From NCBI GenBank assembly GCA_044337585.1, contig JBIINH010000001.1, positions 9,087 through 73,086 of the forward strand: a DNA stretch of 64,000 nt. Reading direction: 5' to 3'. A model generated the notes under the pieces. The model searched no databases and had not been told where the DNA came from. It was given only the letters and a program-made list of their open reading frames with translations. The stretch is from Bacteroidia bacterium. GTDB taxonomy: Bacteria; Bacteroidota; Bacteroidia; UKL13-3. Shown one piece after another: positions 28,605 to 38,120 of the stretch; the stretch's first letter is position 1; each line of letters begins with the position of its first letter. The position numbers and the translations under genes are program-made.

Positions 28605-30062
28605 ATGGAAATTGACTATTCAGCATACGAACCCGTAATTGGTTTAGAAGTACATGCACAAATGCTTACTAAAAGTAAAGCATATAGTGATGATGCGACA
28701 GATTATGGTGCATCGCCAAACACACAAGTAAGCCCTATTACTCTTGGTCATCCAGGTACATTGCCTGTACATAATTTAGAGGCAGTGAAATTTGCAATCA
28801 AAATGGGAATAGCCTGCCAATGTGATATTGCCGAATATAATTACTATGCACGCAAAAATTATTTCTATGCAGATTTGCCTAAAGGCTATCAAATTACTCA
28901 GGATAAAACACCAATATGTACCAATGGATACATTGATATTAAACTTAAAGATGATACAGAGAAGCGCATCAACCTTACCCGCATACACATGGAGGAAGAT
29001 ACAGGTAAAAGCATGCACGATCAAGATGTGTATGATACATTAATTGACTATAACCGAGCAGGTACTCCGCTTATAGAAATTGTAACTGAACCTGATATAC
29101 GAACCGGTGAAGAGGCTTATCAATATTTAACTGAAATACGCCAATTGGTTCGATACCTAGAAATATGTGATGGCAATATGGAAGAAGGATCAATGCGCTG
29201 CGATGCCAATGTTTCAGTTAGGAAAAAAGGTGCTTCAGGTTATGGTACAAAGGTGGAAGTAAAAAACATGAATTCTATTCGCAACGTGCAACGAGCCATT
29301 GATTTTGAAATAAAAAGGCAAATAGAAGCATTGGAGAATGGTGAAAAAATTTACCAAGAAACACGCACATTTGAGGCAACCAAAGGTATCACTATCGTGA
29401 TGCGTACCAAAGAAGGAGCTAGCGATTACCGTTACTTTCCCGAACCTGATTTGCCACCTTTGCGCATTACACCAAGCTATATTGAAAGTGTAAAGGCTCA
29501 AATGCCTGATTTGCCAAAAGCCCTTTTTCAAAAATTTACCTCAGCATATAAACTAAGTGACTATGATGCCGGAGTGCTTACCGAAAATAGGTATGTAGCC
29601 GAGTATTTTGAAATATTGTTGAAACATACCGACAATATCAAAGCAGCAGCAAATTGGCTGATGGTGCAAATAAAAGGTTACTTGAATGAAAATGCACTTG
29701 ATATCAAAGACTTTGTGCTTTCACCTTCCAAAATTGCAGATATCATTGGCTTGATTGATGCAGGAAAAATAAGTCACTCATTGGCATCAAAAAATTTATT
29801 TCCTGCCATGATTGCGCACCCTGATATGTCAGCAGCAGCCTTGTCAGAAAAATTAAATCTTACCCAAGACAATGATACTGGTGAATTGGAAAAAATTATA
29901 GCTCAGGCTTTGGCTAAGTATCCTGAAAAAGTAGCTGAATACAAAGCAGGAAAAACATCACTTATCGGCTTGTTTATGGGCGAAGTAATGAAGCTAAGCA
30001 AAGGCAAAGCCGATCCAAAAATAGCCAATCAATTAGTAAAAGAACAATTAGACAAATCATAA
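28605..30062 (+). CDS. gatB: Asp-tRNA(Asn)/Glu-tRNA(Gln) amidotransferase subunit B
   Basis: GatB N-terminal motifs (EPVIGLEVHAQ) and full length of 485 aa. Confidence 0.95.
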   Translation: MEIDYSAYEPVIGLEVHAQMLTKSKAYSDDATDYGASPNTQVSPITLGHPGTLPVHNLEAVKFAIKMGIACQCDIAEYNYYARKNYFYADLPKGYQITQDKTPICTNGYIDIKLKDDTEKRINLTRIHMEEDTGKSMHDQDVYDTLIDYNRAGTPLIEIVTEPDIRTGEEAYQYLTEIRQLVRYLEICDGNMEEGSMRCDANVSVRKKGASGYGTKVEVKNMNSIRNVQRAIDFEIKRQIEALENGEKIYQETRTFEATKGITIVMRTKEGASDYRYFPEPDLPPLRITPSYIESVKAQMPDLPKALFQKFTSAYKLSDYDAGVLTENRYVAEYFEILLKHTDNIKAAANWLMVQIKGYLNENALDIKDFVLSPSKIADIIGLIDAGKISHSLASKNLFPAMIAHPDMSAAALSEKLNLTQDNDTGELEKIIAQALAKYPEKVAEYKAGKTSLIGLFMGEVMKLSKGKADPKIANQLVKEQLDKS

Positions 30063-30066
30063 CAAA

Positions 30067-31188
30067 ATGCAAAAAATATCATACCTATTTATCGTAGGAT
30101 TTGTGCTGCTAAGCTCAGCTTGCAGCCAGTCAAAAGAAAAGCCAGGCAACTTTTCGGTTAAAGGCAATATTAAAAATTATACCGGTCCTGCTTTGCAATT
30201 AAGCGAAATCACAACAACTGGTCTAAAATTTATCGACTCCACTTTGGTAGATGCCAAAGGCAATTTTGAATTTAAAAACAGCGTATCGCATCCTACATTT
30301 GCCATTATTGGTTTTAGCAATACAGCAATTGTACTGTTGCTCGACTCTGGTGCTACAACCACCTTATCCATTGATTCAAAAACACCAGAAGCTTATGGCG
30401 TATCTGGCACATTAGAAAACGAACAATTGCGTCAAATCATTTTAATGAATAACAAATACATGATGCAAGTAAATGAATTGGAACGTAGATATACAGAAGC
30501 GGCCCAACAAAAAACCATGACTGTTGAAATGGAAAACAAAATTAAAACAGAATATCAAGGTTTGATGGATGCCCGTACCAATGAGCTTAAGGAAAAAACA
30601 TTGTCAATTGAAAGTGGCTTGGTTCCTTATTTTGTTACCAACTTTTTGATGCCTGAAGCCGACTTCGAATTTTTCAACAAAGTAGATGAAAAGTTTTACA
30701 ACCGCTACACTGATTCTAAATATGCACAAGACTTACACAAAAGGGTAGTGAAGCTAAAAGGTACCGCCACTGGCCAGCAGGTAGCAGATATTGTGTTACA
30801 AGATCCATATGGAAAAACCATTGCACTATCATCACTCAGGGGAAAATATGTACTTATTGATTTTTGGGCAAGTTGGTGTGGTCCCTGTAGGCGCGAAAAT
30901 CCAAACGTGGTAAAGATGTATCAGAAATATAAAGACAAAGGATTTGATATTTACAGTGTGTCGCTTGACGACAATAAAGATTCTTGGATGAAAGCCATCA
31001 ATGCCGACCAATTGCTATGGCCAAATCATGTGAGCGACTTGCAAAAATGGAATTCATCGGTGGTTCCACAATTTAATATTGAAAGTATACCCTTTACTAT
31101 GTTGATTGATGCTGAGGGTAAAATTATAGGCAAAAACCTTAGAGGTGAAGCGCTTGAGCAAAAATTGAAAGCTATTTTCAATTATTAA
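30067..31188 (+). CDS. TlpA/AhpC-TSA-family thioredoxin lipoprotein (DUF4369-like N-terminal domain + thioredoxin domain)
   Basis: Lipobox LLSSAC and a WCGPC active site (WASWCGPCRRE). Confidence 0.75.
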   Translation: MQKISYLFIVGFVLLSSACSQSKEKPGNFSVKGNIKNYTGPALQLSEITTTGLKFIDSTLVDAKGNFEFKNSVSHPTFAIIGFSNTAIVLLLDSGATTTLSIDSKTPEAYGVSGTLENEQLRQIILMNNKYMMQVNELERRYTEAAQQKTMTVEMENKIKTEYQGLMDARTNELKEKTLSIESGLVPYFVTNFLMPEADFEFFNKVDEKFYNRYTDSKYAQDLHKRVVKLKGTATGQQVADIVLQDPYGKTIALSSLRGKYVLIDFWASWCGPCRRENPNVVKMYQKYKDKGFDIYSVSLDDNKDSWMKAINADQLLWPNHVSDLQKWNSSVVPQFNIESIPFTMLIDAEGKIIGKNLRGEALEQKLKAIFNY

Positions 31189-31267
31189 TTAATGGTGCTT
31201 AACATTAATTTAAATATAGCTTAATATTGAATACAGAATGTAATCCTAATGTTACCAAAAAAAAGAT

Positions 31268-31945
31268 ATGGAAAACCCTTACAAAATTTTGGTTGTTGAC
31301 GATGAAATTGATATTCTTGAGTTTATTCAATATAATCTTAGAAAAGAAGGTTATGAAGTTCATTTAGCTCACAATGGTCAAGAAGCAATTGATGTATCCA
31401 AAAAAGTAAAGCCTGATTTGATTTTGCTGGATGTGATGATGCCTGTGATGGATGGGATAGAGGCTTGCAAACAAATCAAATCTAATTCCGATCTGGAAAA
31501 AATATTTATTGTGTTCCTTACAGCCCGTGCCGAAGAGTATTCTGAAATAGCAGGTTTCAATGCTGGAGCAGATGATTATATTTCGAAACCTATAAAGCCA
31601 AGGGTTTTGCTAAGTCGCATTAGTGCCATATTGCGCAGAAAAGGGAAAGAAATTGTAGAATCAAAAATCGTAGCCGGAGACATCACCATAGATCGCGAAA
31701 CTTTTTTGGTATACAAAAATGGTGCGAAAATTCAGTTGGCACGCAAAGAGTTTGAATTGCTTTACCTGTTAGCTGGTAAACCCGGTAAGGTTTTTACCCG
31801 CGATTTTATTTTAGAAAAAGTGTGGGGCGATGAAGTGCTTGTGGTTGATAGAACAATTGATGTTCACATTCGTAAATTGCGCGAGAAAATTGGAGATGAA
31901 TACATTGGCACCGTAAAGGGCGTTGGCTATAAGTTTGAAGCATGA
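31268..31945 (+). CDS. OmpR-family response regulator
   Basis: Receiver domain (VVDDE...D...K) followed by a winged-helix trans_reg_C domain. Confidence 0.9.
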   Translation: MENPYKILVVDDEIDILEFIQYNLRKEGYEVHLAHNGQEAIDVSKKVKPDLILLDVMMPVMDGIEACKQIKSNSDLEKIFIVFLTARAEEYSEIAGFNAGADDYISKPIKPRVLLSRISAILRRKGKEIVESKIVAGDITIDRETFLVYKNGAKIQLARKEFELLYLLAGKPGKVFTRDFILEKVWGDEVLVVDRTIDVHIRKLREKIGDEYIGTVKGVGYKFEA

Positions 31946-32994
31946 TAAGAAACCCGAAACCTATTTTCATTGCCTTTGTTATTTCTATTATTCTAGCATT
32001 GTTTGTAGGCCTCATTACTTTCTTTGTTGCGGATATTACGTTTAGCAATGTCCTCATATCTGCCATTGCTACTTTATTGTTTTCGGTTTTGCTTTTTTTC
32101 TACTCACTAGAGTTTTTTATTTACAAAAAAATAAAACTCATATACAAAACCATCCATAGCCTCAAAACCCAAAAATACGATGCTAAATTAAGTAATTTTG
32201 ATTGGCGAAGTGACCCGATTTCCAATATGAATAAAGAGGTAATCAGTTGGGCACGAGACCAAAAAGAACAGATGGAGCAACTGAAAAAACTTGCAGACTT
32301 TAGAAAAGAATTTTTAGGCAATGTATCGCACGAACTCAAAACCCCAATTTTTAATATTCAGGGTTATTTGCATACCCTTATTGATGGTGCCATTGATGAC
32401 CCCGAAGTGAATGTGCGTTTTTTGCAAAAAGCAGCCCGCAGCGCAGATAGATTAAGCGATCTTGTAGCCGATTTGTTGGCCATCTCACAACTCGAGTCAG
32501 GTGAACTTCTCATGGAGCTGGAGCGATTTGATATTAACGCATTGGTGAAAGATGTATACGAACAATTTGAAGTAAGGGCAAAAGAACGTGGCATTACCTT
32601 GCTGATAAAAGATGGATGCAACAAACCATTCTTTGCATATGGCGATCGTTATCGCATTCGACAAGTCATTGTCAATCTTGTTCTCAACTCTATTAAATAC
32701 GGAAGAGACTTGGGAACTACTACAGCAGCTTATTATGATATGGACCAAAATACATTAGTAGAAATTGGCGACAACGGTGAGGGCATGACACAAGAACATT
32801 TGCCCCGCATATTCGAACGTTTTTACCGTGTTGACAAAAGCCGCGCACGCGAGGGCGGACCAGGAGGTACCGGGTTAGGATTGGCTATTGTAAAACACAT
32901 TATAGAAGCACATGGGCAAACTATTAATGTACGTAGTACGGTGGGGCAGGGTACCACATTTGGCTTCACTCTGAAAAAGGCAGCAGGAAATTAA
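31942..32994 (+). CDS. sensor histidine kinase
   Basis: Two TM helices, H-box (SHELKTP), and N, G1, G2 boxes (GGTGLGLAI). It overlaps the response regulator gene by 4 nt. Confidence 0.9.
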   Translation: MIRNPKPIFIAFVISIILALFVGLITFFVADITFSNVLISAIATLLFSVLLFFYSLEFFIYKKIKLIYKTIHSLKTQKYDAKLSNFDWRSDPISNMNKEVISWARDQKEQMEQLKKLADFRKEFLGNVSHELKTPIFNIQGYLHTLIDGAIDDPEVNVRFLQKAARSADRLSDLVADLLAISQLESGELLMELERFDINALVKDVYEQFEVRAKERGITLLIKDGCNKPFFAYGDRYRIRQVIVNLVLNSIKYGRDLGTTTAAYYDMDQNTLVEIGDNGEGMTQEHLPRIFERFYRVDKSRAREGGPGGTGLGLAIVKHIIEAHGQTINVRSTVGQGTTFGFTLKKAAGN

Positions 32995-33051
32995 GCTTTT
33001 CATCTATAGAGCTTTAGAACTTACGTATTTTTATTTCTATACTCGCATGTC

Positions 33052-33948
33052 ATGAATAGATTTTTGGTGTGTATTGTAGGTCCAACAGCTGTGGGAAAAA
33101 CTACCCTTACCATCCACCTTGCACAAAAATTTAAAACTGTCATTGTATCAGCCGACTCTAGACAATTTTATAAAGAAGTTTCCATTGGTACGGCAAAGCC
33201 AAATGCAGCAGAATTGACCGCAGTACCTCATTATTTCATCAACAATAAATCTATTTGGGAAACATACAATGCAGGCGATTTTGAACGAGAGGCTGTATCA
33301 TTTATCAATACATATTTACAAGATCATCAGTTGATACTCCTTTGTGGCGGATCGGGATTGTACGTAAAAGCGGTGCTTGAAGGCTTTGATCCATTGCCTA
33401 CCGCAAATGAGCTGCTAAGAAAAGAATTGCAACAGCAATATGCAGAATTTGGAATAACCATATTGCAAACAAGGCTATTGAGCCTTTCACCAACGGCAAC
33501 TGAAAATATAGAAATGCACAATCCGCAGCGCCTTATGCGGGCCATTGAAATAGCAACAGGTTTTACACCTTCAGATACAGAATTATTACGAAATTTTACA
33601 CCTATCATCATTGGTCTAGATATGCCTAGGGAGTCCTTATATAATAAAATAAATTTGCGTGTAGACCAAATGATGGCCTCTGGCTTGGAGGATGAAGCAC
33701 GATCTATGCTACCCTACAGAAATACATATGCCATGAAAACGGTGGGATATGCAGAGCTTTTCGATTATTTTGATGGGAAACTATCAAAAGAAAATGCCGT
33801 AGCAAAGATCAAACAACATTCAAGAAACTATGCCAAAAAACAGCTTACATGGTTTCGCAAAACAACCAGTATAAAATGGTTTTTGAATGATGAAACAGAT
33901 GCCATTATTAGTTATATAGAAACACAAATAAAAAATTACAACACCTAA
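33052..33948 (+). CDS. miaA: tRNA dimethylallyltransferase
   Basis: P-loop GPTAVGKT and MiaA core motifs. Confidence 0.9.
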   Translation: MNRFLVCIVGPTAVGKTTLTIHLAQKFKTVIVSADSRQFYKEVSIGTAKPNAAELTAVPHYFINNKSIWETYNAGDFEREAVSFINTYLQDHQLILLCGGSGLYVKAVLEGFDPLPTANELLRKELQQQYAEFGITILQTRLLSLSPTATENIEMHNPQRLMRAIEIATGFTPSDTELLRNFTPIIIGLDMPRESLYNKINLRVDQMMASGLEDEARSMLPYRNTYAMKTVGYAELFDYFDGKLSKENAVAKIKQHSRNYAKKQLTWFRKTTSIKWFLNDETDAIISYIETQIKNYNT

Positions 33949-33962
33949 TAATTAGTTGCAAT

Positions 33963-34322
33963 ATGCCATATACCAAACAAGATAACCCATTTGTAGTGCC
34001 TACGACCGATAATAAATTGATTGAAGAACATTACGGAATGGCAACCACAGGCGACAAAGGCTTTTCCATTGCCCACATGATTGCACCAGTAGGATGGAGC
34101 GAGCCATACCAATATCCACAATTTGATGAAGTGACAATTGTGATTAGCGGGCGTAAACAATTTGAAGTGGATGATGAAGTGGTGGTATTGAATGCTGGAG
34201 AAAGTATATTAATACGTAAAGGCTCCAAAGTAAAATATGCCAACCCATTTGATACGCCTTGTGAATATTGGAGTTGTTGTGTGCCTGCATTTACCCTTGA
34301 AACAGCCAACCGTGAATCATGA
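33963..34322 (+). CDS. cupin-domain protein
   Basis: 119-aa small beta-barrel protein with cupin-like motifs. Confidence 0.55.
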   Translation: MPYTKQDNPFVVPTTDNKLIEEHYGMATTGDKGFSIAHMIAPVGWSEPYQYPQFDEVTIVISGRKQFEVDDEVVVLNAGESILIRKGSKVKYANPFDTPCEYWSCCVPAFTLETANRES

Positions 34323-35284
34323 AAAAAATTAGCCTTACTATAGCCTGCTGTCTGTTTATCATCCATGGTTTCTCGTGGGGATTTTTTGCACACAAAGCCA
34401 TTAACAGACTTGCTGTTTTTGCGCTGCCAGCAGAGATGTTCGGTTTTTATAAAGCCAATATAGATTTCATTACAGAGCATGCTGTTGACCCCGACAAAAG
34501 AAGGTACAGCGACCCAGATGAAGCTTGCCGGCATTATGTTGACTTGGATTATTTTGAAAAATCTGCTCCGATAGATACCGTTCCATTCAGGTGGGATGAT
34601 GCCGTAAAAAAATATTCAGAAGATACTTTGAAAGCTTACGGCATTGTACCTTGGCATATACAAATCATGGTATTGCGTTTGACCAAAGCATTTAAAGAAA
34701 ATGATAAAGAACGAATATTGCGAGTATCAGCTGAAATAGGACATTATATTTCTGATGCGCATGTGCCTTTACATGCCACAATGAACTATAATGGACAGCT
34801 TACCAATCAACATGGAATACATGGCTTTTGGGAATCGCGTTTGCCAGAACTGTATAGCAGTAATTATGATTTTTTTGTAGGTAAAGCACGATACCTAGAC
34901 CAAACATTACAAGCTGCTTGGATGGCTTCGCAAGGTAGTTTTGCAGCTAAAGATTCGGTGCTTGATTTTGAAAGGAAACTTAATGCCTCATTTAGCCAGG
35001 ACAATAAATATACTTATGAAATGAGGGGGCAAACCAAAATCAAGCAATACTCTAAGGGATATGCACAGGCCTATCACCAAATGCTAGGCGATCAAGTGGA
35101 GCGCAGGATGCGCGAATCAGTATTGATGGTAGCAAGTTTTTGGTACACGGCTTGGGTAAATGCTGGACAGCCTCAATTGCAAGATCAAGCTATCATTAAA
35201 CTTTCAGAAGAAGAAATGAAGCAACAGCTAGAAGCCGAAAAGAAATTGTTATACGAAGAAAAAATGATTGGGAGAGAAGAATGA
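34319..35284 (+). CDS. zinc-dependent phospholipase C / S1-P1 nuclease-like family protein
   Basis: Signal peptide then WGFFAHK (N-terminal Trp and His zinc ligands) and HVPLHA motifs. Confidence 0.6.
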   Translation: MKKISLTIACCLFIIHGFSWGFFAHKAINRLAVFALPAEMFGFYKANIDFITEHAVDPDKRRYSDPDEACRHYVDLDYFEKSAPIDTVPFRWDDAVKKYSEDTLKAYGIVPWHIQIMVLRLTKAFKENDKERILRVSAEIGHYISDAHVPLHATMNYNGQLTNQHGIHGFWESRLPELYSSNYDFFVGKARYLDQTLQAAWMASQGSFAAKDSVLDFERKLNASFSQDNKYTYEMRGQTKIKQYSKGYAQAYHQMLGDQVERRMRESVLMVASFWYTAWVNAGQPQLQDQAIIKLSEEEMKQQLEAEKKLLYEEKMIGREE

Positions 35285-36424
35285 TTATTGGGTTGCCAAT
35301 ACCCATGCATCAGGATTAATTTCCTGTTTTGCTTTTCGCAAATATTTTTCAGCATCGGTCTTACTAGCAAATCCACCAATACTTACCCGGTTGCATTTGA
35401 ATGCAGGATTATCTAACACTTGCGCATCAATACCTTTATGCTTCAATTCATTCACATAATTCACAGCGTTTTTCTCAACACAAAATACACCTGCAATAAC
35501 ATAATAGTTGATTTGCAAAGTTATTAAGGTCTTTTCATTAGCTGTTGGCATTTCTTCTTCTAAGGTTGTTAATTTCGGTTGCTCCATTATAGGAGGAAAG
35601 GCCCAATTGGCACGTGCAATAGTTAGGCTATTTAATACGTCAATCGGATTAGCTGACTCTGTGATTTCTACAAGTTCTACAATTGGTTGTTCAACAATTG
35701 CCTTAGCAACAGGTTCCACAATCATTTCACTTGATTCAATGGGAGCTTCAGTTGGCGTTGCTGTATCGTCATGTTTAGCAGAATCAAACCACGAAGTGAG
35801 GCTTAACGTACTATTGCTTATAATTTGATTGTCAGGTTGAGCGAAGTAGATCCAACTATTTACCACCAATAGCAGACATAATGTTGCTGCTAACGTGGTT
35901 TGCCAAAATTTCAACCTGCTTTTTGAACGTGCTGGTTTGGCAGGTTTCAATTCTTTGAAAATGCGGGATGATCTTGTTTTGATTTGACGAGATCCAATAA
36001 CTTGTGCTTGATGAGGCGTAAGCCCAAAACTTCTAAAATCGTATCTATTTGCGTGGTCGGGAATGAAAACATAGTTGGCTTCTGCGTTCACCCTAAACCT
36101 GCCAAAATGAGGTATCTCTAAATTTTTTTCTTGCAATAAATGTGATTTAAATGCTTCTACCCATTTATCAATCGAATGTAGAGCATCGGTGTATGAAACA
36201 TCTTGGTTGCTGGCAAAATTGGCTATCAATAAGCCATCATTTGTTTTTAAATTTGGGTTGAATATAATGTGTTTGCCTGGAGGGATAATTACATGGGTAA
36301 CCTGATCTATTCGGGCATGTTCCATATTGCAAACAAACCCGCCAAATCCGGGAATAATGACGCAATCATGCTTATATAAAAGCTTCTCTATTACCTGCCA
36401 TATGGGGTGTTTTGCAAATTCCAT
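35285..36424 (-). CDS. HU-CCDC81-like / SPOR domain protein
   Basis: N-terminal HU-like domains and a C-terminal SPOR domain (YYVIAGVF...NPAFKCNRVSIGGF). Confidence 0.65.
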   Translation of the reverse strand: MEFAKHPIWQVIEKLLYKHDCVIIPGFGGFVCNMEHARIDQVTHVIIPPGKHIIFNPNLKTNDGLLIANFASNQDVSYTDALHSIDKWVEAFKSHLLQEKNLEIPHFGRFRVNAEANYVFIPDHANRYDFRSFGLTPHQAQVIGSRQIKTRSSRIFKELKPAKPARSKSRLKFWQTTLAATLCLLLVVNSWIYFAQPDNQIISNSTLSLTSWFDSAKHDDTATPTEAPIESSEMIVEPVAKAIVEQPIVELVEITESANPIDVLNSLTIARANWAFPPIMEQPKLTTLEEEMPTANEKTLITLQINYYVIAGVFCVEKNAVNYVNELKHKGIDAQVLDNPAFKCNRVSIGGFASKTDAEKYLRKAKQEINPDAWVLATQ

Positions 36425-36496
36425 TCATATGCAAAATAAGTTAATTTCAGTTTTTACGCAAATGGAATTACAAATTAGGCTTTTGATATTTGCTTA

Positions 36497-38113
36497 TCAG
36501 AAACTTACGGCAAGACCACCCAATATGTTAAATCCATATACTGGAAGTGCGAACCAACGTTGGTATTTGTTGTTGGTAAGATTATTTAGGTTCAAAAACA
36601 AGGCAACTGTTTTGGAATAGCGGTACTCAATGCCAATGTTTAAATCCACAAAACTATTGATTGATGCTTCTACATTGGAATTATTCAATTGAACGGTTCT
36701 TTTATCCCATGTAAAGGCTTCGCCACGCAACAAAAATTTATTGGAAATATTGTATAATAAATTCGTGCTGGTGGTAAAAGTTGGTCTTGAAAATGGTGCA
36801 CTGATTGACAAATCGTAACCGTAATAATTGGCTGTGAATCCCAAATGGAAATGCTCGTAAAACTCATGGTTAAGTTCGGCAGTAAACTTAAATAGGCCAG
36901 CAGATGAGTTGTCATACACGGTGTATTGACTCGCCAATGAACTATCAGAGCCGTAGAATAACATATTTTGTATGGTTGACCATGATGTGCGAACCAAGAA
37001 AGATGTTTGTGCACTAATCAATCCCCTGAAACCAATAAAAGATTCAAACTGATTTAAGGTATTTTCTAATGACAACCCGCGCACAAAAGCATTTTCTGTG
37101 GTAATGCTTCTTAAGGTATTGCGTTGCAGGTTTCCAGTAATTCCTCCAAACACAGTAAGCGAACGAGGGATGATTTGATAAGCCACATCAGCTACTGGGA
37201 AAAAATGATATTTGAGTCCGTTTGAGTCGTTAAAGAAAGTAGAATTAAAGCCGAGGTTGAGGTTGAATTTGCTACTTATATTAAGAGAATAATTTGGATT
37301 TACATCAACAAACACCCTGTTGTAATTGAGTGTAGGTGTATTGGTATTATTTTGCTGAATTGCAGTATAAACATTAAGCGGATTGCCTTGAATGCTCTTC
37401 CTAAAATCACCCGACAAGATAAAGTCATTTTCGTCTATATCACGATTAGTGGAGTAGTTGTAGTATTTCAATCCAATTTTATACATCAATTTACTTGTGT
37501 CTTTTTGCACATTACCATATGCAGCACCAAGTTGAAACAATCCAAATTCATTGCGAAGTAAATCCGCATTGGATGTTATATCTGTTGGTTTTGCTCCGTA
37601 AAGATTAACAACATTTCGGTGATATAAGAAATCACTTTCCACCACTCCTTTGTCTACAAAACGTTTAGCATATACACCGGCAGTGTTGTTGCTAAACTGT
37701 TGGAGGTTTTCGGCATCGGCTGACAAGTGTTTATAGAATGCACCCAGTTGGTAATTCTTATTTCGTTTGGAGTTGAGGTAGATTTCTGCCAAAGGCATGC
37801 TGTAATTTCCAAACCCAAGTCGGGTGTAGTTGTTTTTAATTTTTGGCAACAAAGCCGTACCCAACGACAATGGTTTGATGGTATAAATAGTTGGGATATC
37901 GTTGTGCTTTATTTCTGGTAATTTGTATGAAAATTCAGGTTTGCGCACCTCCGGTATTTCTGGATTTGGATTGCTTTGAATTTTAATTGACTCACTTAAT
38001 GTAGCCTTAAAAGGTTTGATCACATCAATGATATCAGTCCTAAGGGTATCGGTTTGTGCATGCACCACAGTCGATAAAATCATAAATATTGCAAGTGTTA
38101 ATGATATTCTCAT
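36497..38113 (-). CDS. putative outer-membrane beta-barrel protein
   Basis: Signal peptide, amphipathic beta-strands and a C-terminal Phe. Conserved partner of the adjacent large TPR protein. Confidence 0.5.
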   Translation of the reverse strand: MRISLTLAIFMILSTVVHAQTDTLRTDIIDVIKPFKATLSESIKIQSNPNPEIPEVRKPEFSYKLPEIKHNDIPTIYTIKPLSLGTALLPKIKNNYTRLGFGNYSMPLAEIYLNSKRNKNYQLGAFYKHLSADAENLQQFSNNTAGVYAKRFVDKGVVESDFLYHRNVVNLYGAKPTDITSNADLLRNEFGLFQLGAAYGNVQKDTSKLMYKIGLKYYNYSTNRDIDENDFILSGDFRKSIQGNPLNVYTAIQQNNTNTPTLNYNRVFVDVNPNYSLNISSKFNLNLGFNSTFFNDSNGLKYHFFPVADVAYQIIPRSLTVFGGITGNLQRNTLRSITTENAFVRGLSLENTLNQFESFIGFRGLISAQTSFLVRTSWSTIQNMLFYGSDSSLASQYTVYDNSSAGLFKFTAELNHEFYEHFHLGFTANYYGYDLSISAPFSRPTFTTSTNLLYNISNKFLLRGEAFTWDKRTVQLNNSNVEASINSFVDLNIGIEYRYSKTVALFLNLNNLTNNKYQRWFALPVYGFNILGGLAVSF

Positions 38114-38120
38114 GGGTATA

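Noticed and set aside
31192-31213. Hairpin attaatg-(8 nt)-cattaat after the TlpA-like lipoprotein gene as a terminator
   Set aside because: It is a 7-bp AT-rich stem with no clear downstream T-run, too weak to call.
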